In this document: positions 55,578 to 64,000 of the stretch, one piece after another
Numbering within the stretch: the first letter of the stretch is position 1
Layout of the letters: each line of letters opens with the position of its first letter
Origin: Candidatus Cloacimonadales bacterium
Lineage (GTDB): Bacteria > Cloacimonadota > Cloacimonadia > Cloacimonadales > DAONDQ01
Direction: 5' to 3'
DNA length: 64,000 bases
NCBI GenBank assembly: GCA_963662275.1
Contig: OY759316.1
Coordinates: forward strand, 2,496,001-2,560,000
Made by a program: the position numbers and the translations under genes
The notes under the pieces: model-generated
The model's input: only the letters and a program-made list of their open reading frames with translations
Databases searched by the model: none
Told to the model about the DNA's origin: nothing

Positions 55578-55980
55578 TATAAACTCCTTATAAAATTGAC
55601 ATACACAGCTTACTTCAGGAAGTTTTATCTCACTAACGGTGGCTGTTTCCTTCAGGTAACATGTTAACATGGTTTACCTTGTTTCTATCTGTAATACAAT
55701 GACTTAAAGAACATTACCCACAAGCTGAAGCAGTAACCACAAAGAAACTGCATTCTAAAGTAAGCGCACAAAACCAGTATCACATATAAAATAATAACAT
55801 TTCATTTCAAGTCAAGGATTGTTTTTCCAGAGTTGTTTCAATGAACTTTTACTCTCACGTTTATATTCTGTAACATTCTTCAGTATTGCATCATTTAAAA
55901 TATGACCTATCCACGATTAAAAATCAGCGTCGCGTTTGAAAAAAGAATACTTTCCAGAGGATAAACACATGGGTTTATCC
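55578..55980 (-). repeat. Conserved ~400-bp spacer
   Basis: Near-identical copy. Confidence 0.95.
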
Positions 55981-57579
55981 CTACTTTACCAACGATATTT
56001 TTTTTGTTTTAACCCGATTACCTGACTTTACCTGGCAGAGATAGATACCGCTTGCCATTTTACTAATATCCATACTGTAAGTATCCGATATCGCAGTTTT
56101 ATCTGAGTGTATCTTTTGCATACATTGTCCCCTGATATTGTAAATGCTGATGTCTATTAGACTTTTATCATTATTGGATACATTTCTGAGTTTGACAGAA
56201 ATATAGCGATCAGTTATTCTTGCAGGATTAGGGCTGATGCTCATGTCGAATTGATTGGTAACAGGAGGAGTCAGAGGGTCATTAATACCAACTGTCGTAT
56301 CCGCTAATTGCGTATTGCCGGCATAGACATAAACATAGCCCCGGTAATCATGTGCCATAGAATCATCAGTAAATGGCGCAGATACGGCAATATCACAACA
56401 GCCATCACCATTATAATCTCCCATAGTTAATCCGTATCCAAAATAGTCTAAAGAATTATTGGGGGCATCAATTAATAAATCGGATGTGCCGTTAACCAGT
56501 GTTCTTCCCATCCAAATCCTGAATTGATCTATATAGAAATTTGCACCAACTACATCGTCAAAGCCATCATTATTCAAATCACCGTATTTTAGTGAAAATC
56601 CGAATTCACTACCCTGCCAAGGTGGATTGAGAGCTAAGTTTGGTATGGTATCAGTTTCCGTTGATCCCAGCCAGATATTTAAACCGGCAATAGACTGATA
56701 ACCCATAAAGTCATCTATTCCGTCACCATTGATATCCCCCAAAGGAGTACTAATCTTTGATATTCCTGCTTGCGTCTGGGTTAAAACCATTGTATCTGTT
56801 ATTGTACCTTCCGAATTCCCATAATAGACTGTAATCAGATGATATCCAGTATTAGGGTCTTCATTTGTATAGCCAATGGCGAAATCATCAAACCCATCAT
56901 TATTTATATCTCCGATTCCGTTAAAACCACTAGTATATGACATCGCATGATTGCTGGAAGTAGTTATATATTGGGGTACATTACTACCTCCCCAAACAAG
57001 ATAATATGCTTCTGCTGAAATAGATGTCTCTGTGCTAAAACCAATCTCTTCAACATGATCACCGTTAAAGTCTCTTAATTTATAAACACCTGTTAGATTA
57101 CAACTCGCTCCTAGTGTATAAGGAATCATGATACTAGGTTGTGTAGGAGCTGTATTCCCACCAGTATAGATTCTTAGATAATATGTACTTGGACTAGCTG
57201 TCGGTTCATCTCCACCTATATATAGATCATCAAATCCATCTCCATTCACATCACCGACATTAACAACAGACCTGAATTGATAATCATACTGTCCTTCCAT
57301 CGTGATATCAGGGATATTATCAAAGTTCTGTCCTCCAAAATAAATATCTACTTTACCTTTTACTATAGCTGGGGTAGGATAACTGCTGTTCCACCCTCTT
57401 TCACAAACTACTAAGTCATCATAACCATCATGATTAAAATCCAAAGTTGCTATTGTCTCTCCAAAACGGGAATTGTGATGGTCTCCTTGCATTGATGTCA
57501 TGATATCGAGATGGTTAGTGGCGGAGAGGATGCTGGTGAAAAGAAGAACAGCTAAAACAACTAAAATACCTTTATACAT
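55981..57579 (-). CDS. FG-GAP repeat protein (copy A, first in transcription order)
   Basis: Same architecture; C-terminal domain largely identical to copy F. Confidence 0.9.
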   Translation of the reverse strand: MYKGILVVLAVLLFTSILSATNHLDIMTSMQGDHHNSRFGETIATLDFNHDGYDDLVVCERGWNSSYPTPAIVKGKVDIYFGGQNFDNIPDITMEGQYDYQFRSVVNVGDVNGDGFDDLYIGGDEPTASPSTYYLRIYTGGNTAPTQPSIMIPYTLGASCNLTGVYKLRDFNGDHVEEIGFSTETSISAEAYYLVWGGSNVPQYITTSSNHAMSYTSGFNGIGDINNDGFDDFAIGYTNEDPNTGYHLITVYYGNSEGTITDTMVLTQTQAGISKISTPLGDINGDGIDDFMGYQSIAGLNIWLGSTETDTIPNLALNPPWQGSEFGFSLKYGDLNNDGFDDVVGANFYIDQFRIWMGRTLVNGTSDLLIDAPNNSLDYFGYGLTMGDYNGDGCCDIAVSAPFTDDSMAHDYRGYVYVYAGNTQLADTTVGINDPLTPPVTNQFDMSISPNPARITDRYISVKLRNVSNNDKSLIDISIYNIRGQCMQKIHSDKTAISDTYSMDISKMASGIYLCQVKSGNRVKTKKISLVK

Positions 57580-57882
57580 TGGTACTCCTTATTTCTACAA
57601 CCCACAGAATATAAAATATAATATACACACGTAATTTTCATTCCATAGCAAGTTTTATCCAGTATCTTGCCGGATAATATCCATTTTATCTTTTATCTAT
57701 CACGTTTTTGTTAATTTCACAGTTGTTTCTGGGTCGCCATCTATCTGATGGTGCTACGTGCTCTTTTAGAGGACGTATTCTCTTCATTGGCATTTCAATG
57801 GGGGAACCACCGGATGTCAGATCATGTTAAAACATAATAACTGCTGAAGCAGTTGATCCAACGACTGAAGTTGTTGCTACGG
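57580..57882 (-). repeat. Second leader type, also upstream of copy G (45541-45892) and partly of copy I (40770-40895)
   Basis: ggtactccttatttctacaacccacagaatataaaatataat...cttgccggataata...gaggacgtattctcttc...gttgatccaacgactgaagttgttgctacgg is shared. Confidence 0.9.
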
Positions 57883-57922
57883 TGTTGCTACGGTGTTGCT
57901 ACTTGAGGATTGACAGATGGGG

Positions 57923-59173
57923 TTATCCCTTTTTCACTGTCAATCGCTGGATTTCGGTAAAGAATCCAGGGAATGATTTAGATACTGAAGTTTCATCATC
58001 TAATCTCAATTGAGGAAAGATCAGTTTTAGAATTGAGAAAGCCATTACCAATCGATGATCTTGGTATGTTTTCAGTATCCTTGCTGGAGGTTCAGTTTCT
58101 AGAGGCTTTATATGCAGATCACCATTTTCAAAAGTAATATTCGCACCAATTGACGTCAATACTTCCAGGAGAGCTTGGATACGGTCGGATTCTTTATATT
58201 TCAAATGCTGGACATTCTTTAGTTTTGTCTCACCTTCAGCAAGCAATGCCAGGATGGCAATTGTCGGAACCAGATCAGGATTAGATGACATATCCTGGGT
58301 AATCCCTTTCAAGTTTTTTCGCTTCACGAGGTAACCGTTCTTTGAATATTGAACATCAGCTCCCATTTTTATGAGAATATGAAAAATTCTGAAATCGGGT
58401 TGCAGAGAACTGGTTTTACAGTATGGGATTGTTATCGGAAAGTTAGAAAGAGCTCCCAATGCTGCAAAATAGGAAGCTGATGAAAGATCTGCTTCCACTT
58501 GATAAATACCATTAAAGCTATATTTTTGACCAGGTAATACAACGATCTCTTTTTCACGCTCAAGAACTTGGATGCCAAACTCACGCATAATTGAGATTGT
58601 CATCTTTAAATATCCATAGGATACTGTAGGTATCTTCCATCTCAAACGCAGACCTTTTTGAAAAAAAGGAGAACACATGAGTAACGCACTGAGAAATTGG
58701 CTGCTAATATTAGATGTAATCTCGATCTCCCCACCAATCATTGATTTCCCGGCAATTCGATATGGATATCTTTCTCCGGAAATATCAGCGCCCAGGTATC
58801 GTAATGCCTGGATTAATGGCTTAATTGGTCTGAGAGACAATTGATCCACTGCCTGGATATTCGAGATCGTATGTTCATTTATGGCAGCACGAGCTATCCA
58901 AAATCTTAAAGCTGTTGCTGAACCACTAATTTGATAATCGGCATGATAGGGAAAATGGCGAGGTCTAGTGATTTTAATATGCTGGAGATCAATTTCAAAC
59001 TGACATCCAAATGTACGGAGAATATCACACATCATATTCACGTCATCACATCCGGAAAATGGTTCGAATTCTATCGTATCCATCATAGAAGCAATTAATA
59101 AAACTCTTTGAAGAATAGATTTTGAGCCCTGCAGTTTCACAGTTCCATTGAGAGATAATGACCAATCCTTCAT
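57923..59173 (-). CDS. aroA: 3-phosphoshikimate 1-carboxyvinyltransferase (EPSP synthase)
   Basis: GSKS, RPIKPL, SSQFLSALL, DLSSASYF, KESDRI, DHRLVMAF, VSKSFP; start at 59173 or 59188. Confidence 0.92.
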   Translation of the reverse strand: MKDWSLSLNGTVKLQGSKSILQRVLLIASMMDTIEFEPFSGCDDVNMMCDILRTFGCQFEIDLQHIKITRPRHFPYHADYQISGSATALRFWIARAAINEHTISNIQAVDQLSLRPIKPLIQALRYLGADISGERYPYRIAGKSMIGGEIEITSNISSQFLSALLMCSPFFQKGLRLRWKIPTVSYGYLKMTISIMREFGIQVLEREKEIVVLPGQKYSFNGIYQVEADLSSASYFAALGALSNFPITIPYCKTSSLQPDFRIFHILIKMGADVQYSKNGYLVKRKNLKGITQDMSSNPDLVPTIAILALLAEGETKLKNVQHLKYKESDRIQALLEVLTSIGANITFENGDLHIKPLETEPPARILKTYQDHRLVMAFSILKLIFPQLRLDDETSVSKSFPGFFTEIQRLTVKKG

Positions 59174-59296
59174 ATACTCGACTCCCATCCTTTTTCAATA
59201 TTGATACATATTCCCAGGTAGTTTAAAAATAACCTTTGACATTTTAGGCAAGGGAAATCATTAAATCATGCAAATTGCATTTCAAGGGTTGGTATC

Positions 59297-59773
59297 ATGG
59301 AAAATAGACCTTCATGGCAAAAGTATTTTATGGATATGGCATTCCTTGTCTCTCAGAGATCGACTTGTTTACGCCGGAAAGTGGGTGCAGTCTTAGTAAA
59401 AAATAACCAGATCATTGCTACAGGTTATAATGGAACACCCAAAAATATCAGTCATTGTGCTGAAGCAGGTTGTATGAGAGAAGCCTTGGCTATTCCATCC
59501 GGCGAAAAACATGAATTATGCAGGGGTGTTCATGCAGAGCAGAACTCCATTATTCAAGCTGCGATCAATGGTACTCCTGCTCAAGGTTCAGTACTGTATT
59601 GTACAAATCATCCCTGTAGTATTTGTGCTAAAATGATCATTAATGCAGAGATCAATACAGTCTATATAGCTGATCCCTATCCCGATAAACTGGCTGGAGA
59701 TCTCCTCTCGGAAGCCGGTATTGATCTGATTTATGTTGATCCTGAAGATGGCTCACTTTCGAAGTTGACGTAA
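59297..59773 (+). CDS. dCMP deaminase (ComEB family)
   Basis: RPSW..YFM, RSTCLRRKVGA, GYNG, HAEQN, PCSICAK. Confidence 0.93.
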   Translation: MENRPSWQKYFMDMAFLVSQRSTCLRRKVGAVLVKNNQIIATGYNGTPKNISHCAEAGCMREALAIPSGEKHELCRGVHAEQNSIIQAAINGTPAQGSVLYCTNHPCSICAKMIINAEINTVYIADPYPDKLAGDLLSEAGIDLIYVDPEDGSLSKLT

Positions 59774-59777
59774 GATC

Positions 59778-62300
59778 ATGTTAGTTTCACAGAATCAAAT
59801 CAGCACGATTTCAGTTACGTTTTCCTACCAGCCACCAACAGCAGGTGAACATACTGTTTTTGTAACCGGTGATTTTAATCAATGGTCCACCACAGCCAAT
59901 CCCTTAGATAATGAAAATGGCGTTTATAAAACTACGATCGATCTTCAATCCGGGGTATATCTGTATAAGTTCATCGTTGATGGAAATTGGATTCCTGATC
60001 CAACCATCATGGAGCAGGTGGACGATACTTTTTATGGAAAGAATTCCGTGCTCAGGTTGGAACCTCCCGAAATCGATTATGTCAGACTTGTCACATTCAG
60101 GGCAAATCCATCTGTTCCGATCACATCTTTAAACCTCATTGGCTCTTTCAATCTCTGGAACCCGCATAGCCATCCCTTTCGAGAACAGTTGGATGGCTCT
60201 CTTCAGCTCCGGGTATTTCTAAAAAAAGGGACTTATAAATATAAATTCTTAGTAGATAACAGTTATTGGGAAAATGATCCTAATGCTGATGAATGGGTCG
60301 ATGATGGCTTTAACGGAGTAAATTCAATCCTCCATGTGGATGAACGTTTTCCTATATTCCGTATCAAGAAAGACCCAAATGAAATCTTAACCGATACAAT
60401 CCAGATAGAGACAAATTATATGAAAATTAATGTAATTTCAGATAACGTAGTAGAATTCAGGGCTCGTTTGTTTTCAGGTGAAGCAAACAATATGTGTCTT
60501 TGGCTTCGGGAAGAGATATTTCCCATGCAGTTTTTAGGTAATGATAGCACCTATGATTACTATCATGTGATTTTAGATATCGGAACGTTTACACCTATAT
60601 TCCATTATTGTTTCCTGTTTGAGGACAATAATAATCCAATTTATCTCATGAATGGAGAGATCTCCACAATATTCAAGGAACAAAAGCTGTTTGTCTTCGA
60701 TACCCGGAGCTGTATCCCGTTTATGACACCGGATTGGGCAAAAAATGGCATCATGTACCAAATATTTGTGGATAGATTTTATAATGGTAATCCAGCAAAT
60801 AACCAGGACTTTCATGAATGGTATTATGCAAATTGCACAACTCCCCCACCTGTAGGTCAAATGCTGCCTCCCAATCATGAATATTTTCATTTTGAACGGA
60901 ACTGGTATGAATATTCGACTTTAAAACAAAGCCCGTATATGCCCAAAGGAAAGCCAGACTGGTGGTCATTTTATGGGGGTGATATAGATGGAATCATGCA
61001 AAAGCTGCCTTATTTGGAAGATCTTGGCATTACAATTCTATATCTGAATCCTATCTTTGAAGCAAAGTCAAATCACAAATACGATGCTACTGATTATATG
61101 AAACTTGATCCGCATTTTGGCTCAATCCAGGAATTCCATCAGTTTATCAGGGAAGCTCATAAACGCGGAATTCACGTCATCATTGATGTTGCCTTCAATC
61201 ATACCGGAGAAACATTTTGGGCATTCCGGGATTGTGTTGAAAAAGGACAGGATTCTCAATATTGGGATTGGTATGATTGGAAAAAATGGCCTCTCCCCAA
61301 TCCCTTACCTGATGAGTTTAATCCGAAAGATTATTATCAATGCTGGTGGGGCGTGAAAGACCTCCCTGATTTGAATTTTGATCTCAGTCTAAATCATCCG
61401 TTTGAAAATGCAGTAACCGATATCAAGAAGGCTGCACCTAATTGGCCTGTTGTAGATTATATTCTTGATGTCGCTGAATATTGGCTGCGTGATATGGATA
61501 TTGATGGTTTCCGTTTGGATGTACCTGAAGAAGTACCTTACTGGTTTTGGAGACTCTTCCGTCAACGTGTGAAGATGGTGAAACCGGATGCATATATTGT
61601 GGGAGAAATCTGGTATCGGGCTACGGAATGGGTGAATGCAGATTATTTCGATGCAGTTATGAATTATGCATTTTTTAAAGACCCAGCTCTCAAATTCTTC
61701 CTGAATCGTCAGATATCTGCAAGTGAATTTGATCGCCAAATTCAACAGGGACTTGTTGTATATCCTATCCAAGCAGCACAGACAATGATGAATATACTTG
61801 GTACTCATGATACATATCGTCTTCGGGAAATCAGCAAAGGAAAGATCGAACCAATCAAATTAGCAGTTATTTTTCAAATGACTTTTATTGGAATCCCACA
61901 CATTTATTATGGAGATGAAATCGCCATGATGGGAGCTTCAGACCCTGATAACAGAAGACCATTCAACTGGAAATATGAAGATGATTCTGTTGCCGTTGAA
62001 TTAAGGGATTTCTATAAAAAATTGATTTCTATTCGTAAACTCTACCGACTTCTCAGCGATGGCGAATACAAAACGATTCTTACCAAAGGTCATATTCTGG
62101 TTTTTTCCAGGCATGATAATCAGAACTACATATATATCACATTGAATAATGAACCTACCTTCTCGATCATAGATATTCCAATACTTCAAAAGGCTAAGGA
62201 AGTTGTTGATCTTCTGACAAATAATCATTACCCAATAACCGATGATATGCTCAGTCTTGAAATAGCAGCATACCAGGGAATGATCTTGATTCCTGTTTAA
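59778..62300 (+). CDS. GH13 neopullulanase/cyclomaltodextrinase with two N-terminal CBM48/AMPK-beta-like modules
   Basis: YKFIVDG and YKFLVD modules; YQIFVDRF, NHKYD, DVAFNH, GFRLDV, VGEIW, GTHD. Confidence 0.92.
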   Translation: MLVSQNQISTISVTFSYQPPTAGEHTVFVTGDFNQWSTTANPLDNENGVYKTTIDLQSGVYLYKFIVDGNWIPDPTIMEQVDDTFYGKNSVLRLEPPEIDYVRLVTFRANPSVPITSLNLIGSFNLWNPHSHPFREQLDGSLQLRVFLKKGTYKYKFLVDNSYWENDPNADEWVDDGFNGVNSILHVDERFPIFRIKKDPNEILTDTIQIETNYMKINVISDNVVEFRARLFSGEANNMCLWLREEIFPMQFLGNDSTYDYYHVILDIGTFTPIFHYCFLFEDNNNPIYLMNGEISTIFKEQKLFVFDTRSCIPFMTPDWAKNGIMYQIFVDRFYNGNPANNQDFHEWYYANCTTPPPVGQMLPPNHEYFHFERNWYEYSTLKQSPYMPKGKPDWWSFYGGDIDGIMQKLPYLEDLGITILYLNPIFEAKSNHKYDATDYMKLDPHFGSIQEFHQFIREAHKRGIHVIIDVAFNHTGETFWAFRDCVEKGQDSQYWDWYDWKKWPLPNPLPDEFNPKDYYQCWWGVKDLPDLNFDLSLNHPFENAVTDIKKAAPNWPVVDYILDVAEYWLRDMDIDGFRLDVPEEVPYWFWRLFRQRVKMVKPDAYIVGEIWYRATEWVNADYFDAVMNYAFFKDPALKFFLNRQISASEFDRQIQQGLVVYPIQAAQTMMNILGTHDTYRLREISKGKIEPIKLAVIFQMTFIGIPHIYYGDEIAMMGASDPDNRRPFNWKYEDDSVAVELRDFYKKLISIRKLYRLLSDGEYKTILTKGHILVFSRHDNQNYIYITLNNEPTFSIIDIPILQKAKEVVDLLTNNHYPITDDMLSLEIAAYQGMILIPV

Positions 62301-62328
62301 TACAAGGTTTTACATTGAGGAGTTACTT

Positions 62329-64000
62329 ATGAGAAATGTCATCATTATACTTTTAGGTTTGTCTTTTCTTCCACTCTGTGCATTTCAAATCTCCGGCTCT
62401 CCCCGTGCATGGAGCCTCGATGACTTTACAGGCTTTGATCCGATTGGTGATAACACACAACCGTTGGGAGATATGACTTCCTGTTTCGTACACCAGGATG
62501 AGAGTACAATCATTCTAAGATTGAATTTCGATGATATGACAACCTATAGAATGAATACTGTTATTCTGGATCGATATTCCTCTGAACAAATTACTTGTGC
62601 TATCACAGTAAGAAAGAGTATTGATCAGAAAATTCTATTTCATAGTCAAATCCCCCTGAACCTGAATAGTTTTGAAGACATATCGATTAAATCACTTCGT
62701 TCTACTCAGTTTGAAATGCTTGAGTGCCAATTCTCCATTCCGCAGAATATTGATAAGAGATTACTCCAATTCGATATTCAGACGATTTACAAAGGACAAG
62801 TAGCAGATGAGATTTTAACCTCTGGTAATCCTTCAAGAAGTACAGGAAATACAGCTTTCGTTCATCATGGCAACCAGGGACTTACCTATACAGAAGTATT
62901 TTACGGCTCTGATCCAGTAAGCGAAAGCGGGTTTGATGAAGTGCTGCAAGTTCACGAAGCTACGAATCTACCAGGTAATTTCCATATGTCAGGAACACTG
63001 ATGCCGGCAGCTCAATGGCATAATCCTAGCTTCAATACCTGGCTGAGAACCCTGGCAGCAAATGGCAAAGCATGTATGATGACTTCTGCATTGGGTCAGC
63101 AGATTATGCCTTTTTTAAATAACACAATGAACAATTGGTCAGTTCAAACCGAATCTGATATGGTGAATTATCGATATAATTATGTTCCACATATTGCCTG
63201 GGTACCGGAAAGAGTATGGCTTGCCCCAAGCAGCTATCCTGCAGCAGGCGTGATTGACTGGCTTGGTGATAATTGGGCACAGCATGGAGTCGAGGCAATT
63301 ATTTTAGATGATTCTCCACATTTGAATGGGTATGACAATCGCAAGATTCATTGGATGAACAACGGCTCAGGTGTCACCTTACGCGTGATTCCAATTAATA
63401 ATACTTTCGTAGGACAGGTCATGTACGATGCTCAAGCAGCAAAGAACACCATCCAAAATACTACCCAATATGGTATTGCCGTTTATGGAACGGACTGGGA
63501 AGTGATCGCAGAGATGAACGAACATCATAATACCAGTTATCTTGATAATTACTCAAATATCATGACTTTCTGTGCCAATAATTATCCCGCAATAGCCGTA
63601 TGGAAGTTGGATGCTGCTCTTAGTAATGCTGACTTCAATGGAATTGGCGCTGAACTGACAACCGGAACTTATGGTATGTTGGGTGGACAGGATGGTTATG
63701 GCGGTTCAAATAACAGTTGGTATGTTGATTGGGCTGGAACTGCCTCTCATTCTGATTATCATTCAACGCCCTGGAATTACGGCTACATCTGGAATAATGT
63801 ATATGAGCATTTAATGAGTGTACCTGATAACAATCTTTCCCAATTAGGATGGTACACTCTCATGATCAACCTGCATGAAACAGGATGGCATGATACAGGT
63901 GTATCCGGTTGGGAACACAGGTATTCTTCTCATATGAAGAATGCTAATGTTTATGCGGAAGGAGCCAGGTGGGCTGCAGGTTTATATACAGCAGGTGCAA
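62329..64000 (+). CDS. Secreted GH57-like glycoside hydrolase, truncated by the window end (absent from the ORF track)
   Basis: GAGGAG RBS, ATG 62329, signal peptide MRNVIIILLGLSFLPLCA; frame open to the window end with FVHHGNQ, GQQIMPF, WVPERVW and YGTDWE resembling GH57 conserved regions. Confidence 0.75.
   Translation, partial: MRNVIIILLGLSFLPLCAFQISGSPRAWSLDDFTGFDPIGDNTQPLGDMTSCFVHQDESTIILRLNFDDMTTYRMNTVILDRYSSEQITCAITVRKSIDQKILFHSQIPLNLNSFEDISIKSLRSTQFEMLECQFSIPQNIDKRLLQFDIQTIYKGQVADEILTSGNPSRSTGNTAFVHHGNQGLTYTEVFYGSDPVSESGFDEVLQVHEATNLPGNFHMSGTLMPAAQWHNPSFNTWLRTLAANGKACMMTSALGQQIMPFLNNTMNNWSVQTESDMVNYRYNYVPHIAWVPERVWLAPSSYPAAGVIDWLGDNWAQHGVEAIILDDSPHLNGYDNRKIHWMNNGSGVTLRVIPINNTFVGQVMYDAQAAKNTIQNTTQYGIAVYGTDWEVIAEMNEHHNTSYLDNYSNIMTFCANNYPAIAVWKLDAALSNADFNGIGAELTTGTYGMLGGQDGYGGSNNSWYVDWAGTASHSDYHSTPWNYGYIWNNVYEHLMSVPDNNLSQLGWYTLMINLHETGWHDTGVSGWEHRYSSHMKNANVYAEGARWAAGLYTAGA

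Noticed and set aside
47523..55670. Extended N-termini (MLTRYLKE/MLTCYLKE) for copies F and B, and the long starts for S41, ArsR, pyrK, ribH and the nitronate monooxygenase
   Set aside because: RBS position, paralog alignment and overlaps favour the downstream ATGs; the extension frame is not open in all spacer copies.
55600..55690. c-di-GMP-I riboswitch resemblance (AAGGTAAACCATG...) in the spacer leader
   Set aside because: Lacks the GAAA-tetraloop stem and the GGGACGCAAAGCC core; only the first few bases match.
55684..55782. Hydrophobic ~32-aa ORF (VILVLCAYFRMQFLCGYCFSLWVMFF...) in the spacers
   Set aside because: No RBS, and several differences among copies are non-synonymous; no evidence of coding constraint.
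39159..57579. Diversity-generating retroelement or integron as the cause of FG-GAP variation
   Set aside because: No RT, Avd or integrase gene; differences include indels and all bases instead of adenine-specific changes; no attC-like structure recognised.

Overview
Bacterial chromosomal window of about 38-40% GC by eye. It is probably Candidatus Cloacimonadota (FCB group); this is an inference from twelve secreted proteins ending in an NYPNPF/SPNP...YNIRGQ...K/R (T9SS type-A/FlgD-like) C-terminal domain. Housekeeping content: radA, pyrB-pyrC-pyrK-pyrD with a PyrR-type leader, one rrn operon (16S-23S-5S, minus strand, no spacer tRNA, 23S with a ~220-nt intervening sequence), ribH-nusB-GT2-radical SAM, nitronate monooxygenase, aroA, dCMP deaminase, and GH13 and GH57 glucanases. 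Accessory content: an MNT-HEPN toxin-antitoxin pair, a frameshifted IS21 inserted in a heptamer microsatellite, many REP-like palindromes and a group II intron 5' remnant. The most striking structure is an 18.4-kb tandem array (39159-57579) of nine FG-GAP (integrin-alpha-like) beta-propeller genes. They recur with a ~2.015-kb period, are separated by near-identical ~400-bp spacers, and their variable loops occur as shared alleles in different combinations, suggesting a recombinational diversification locus for secreted binding proteins. Next most interesting are a PyrR-hairpin/uORF/anti-Shine-Dalgarno translational switch before pyrB and two facing two-allele heptamer arrays between convergent genes.
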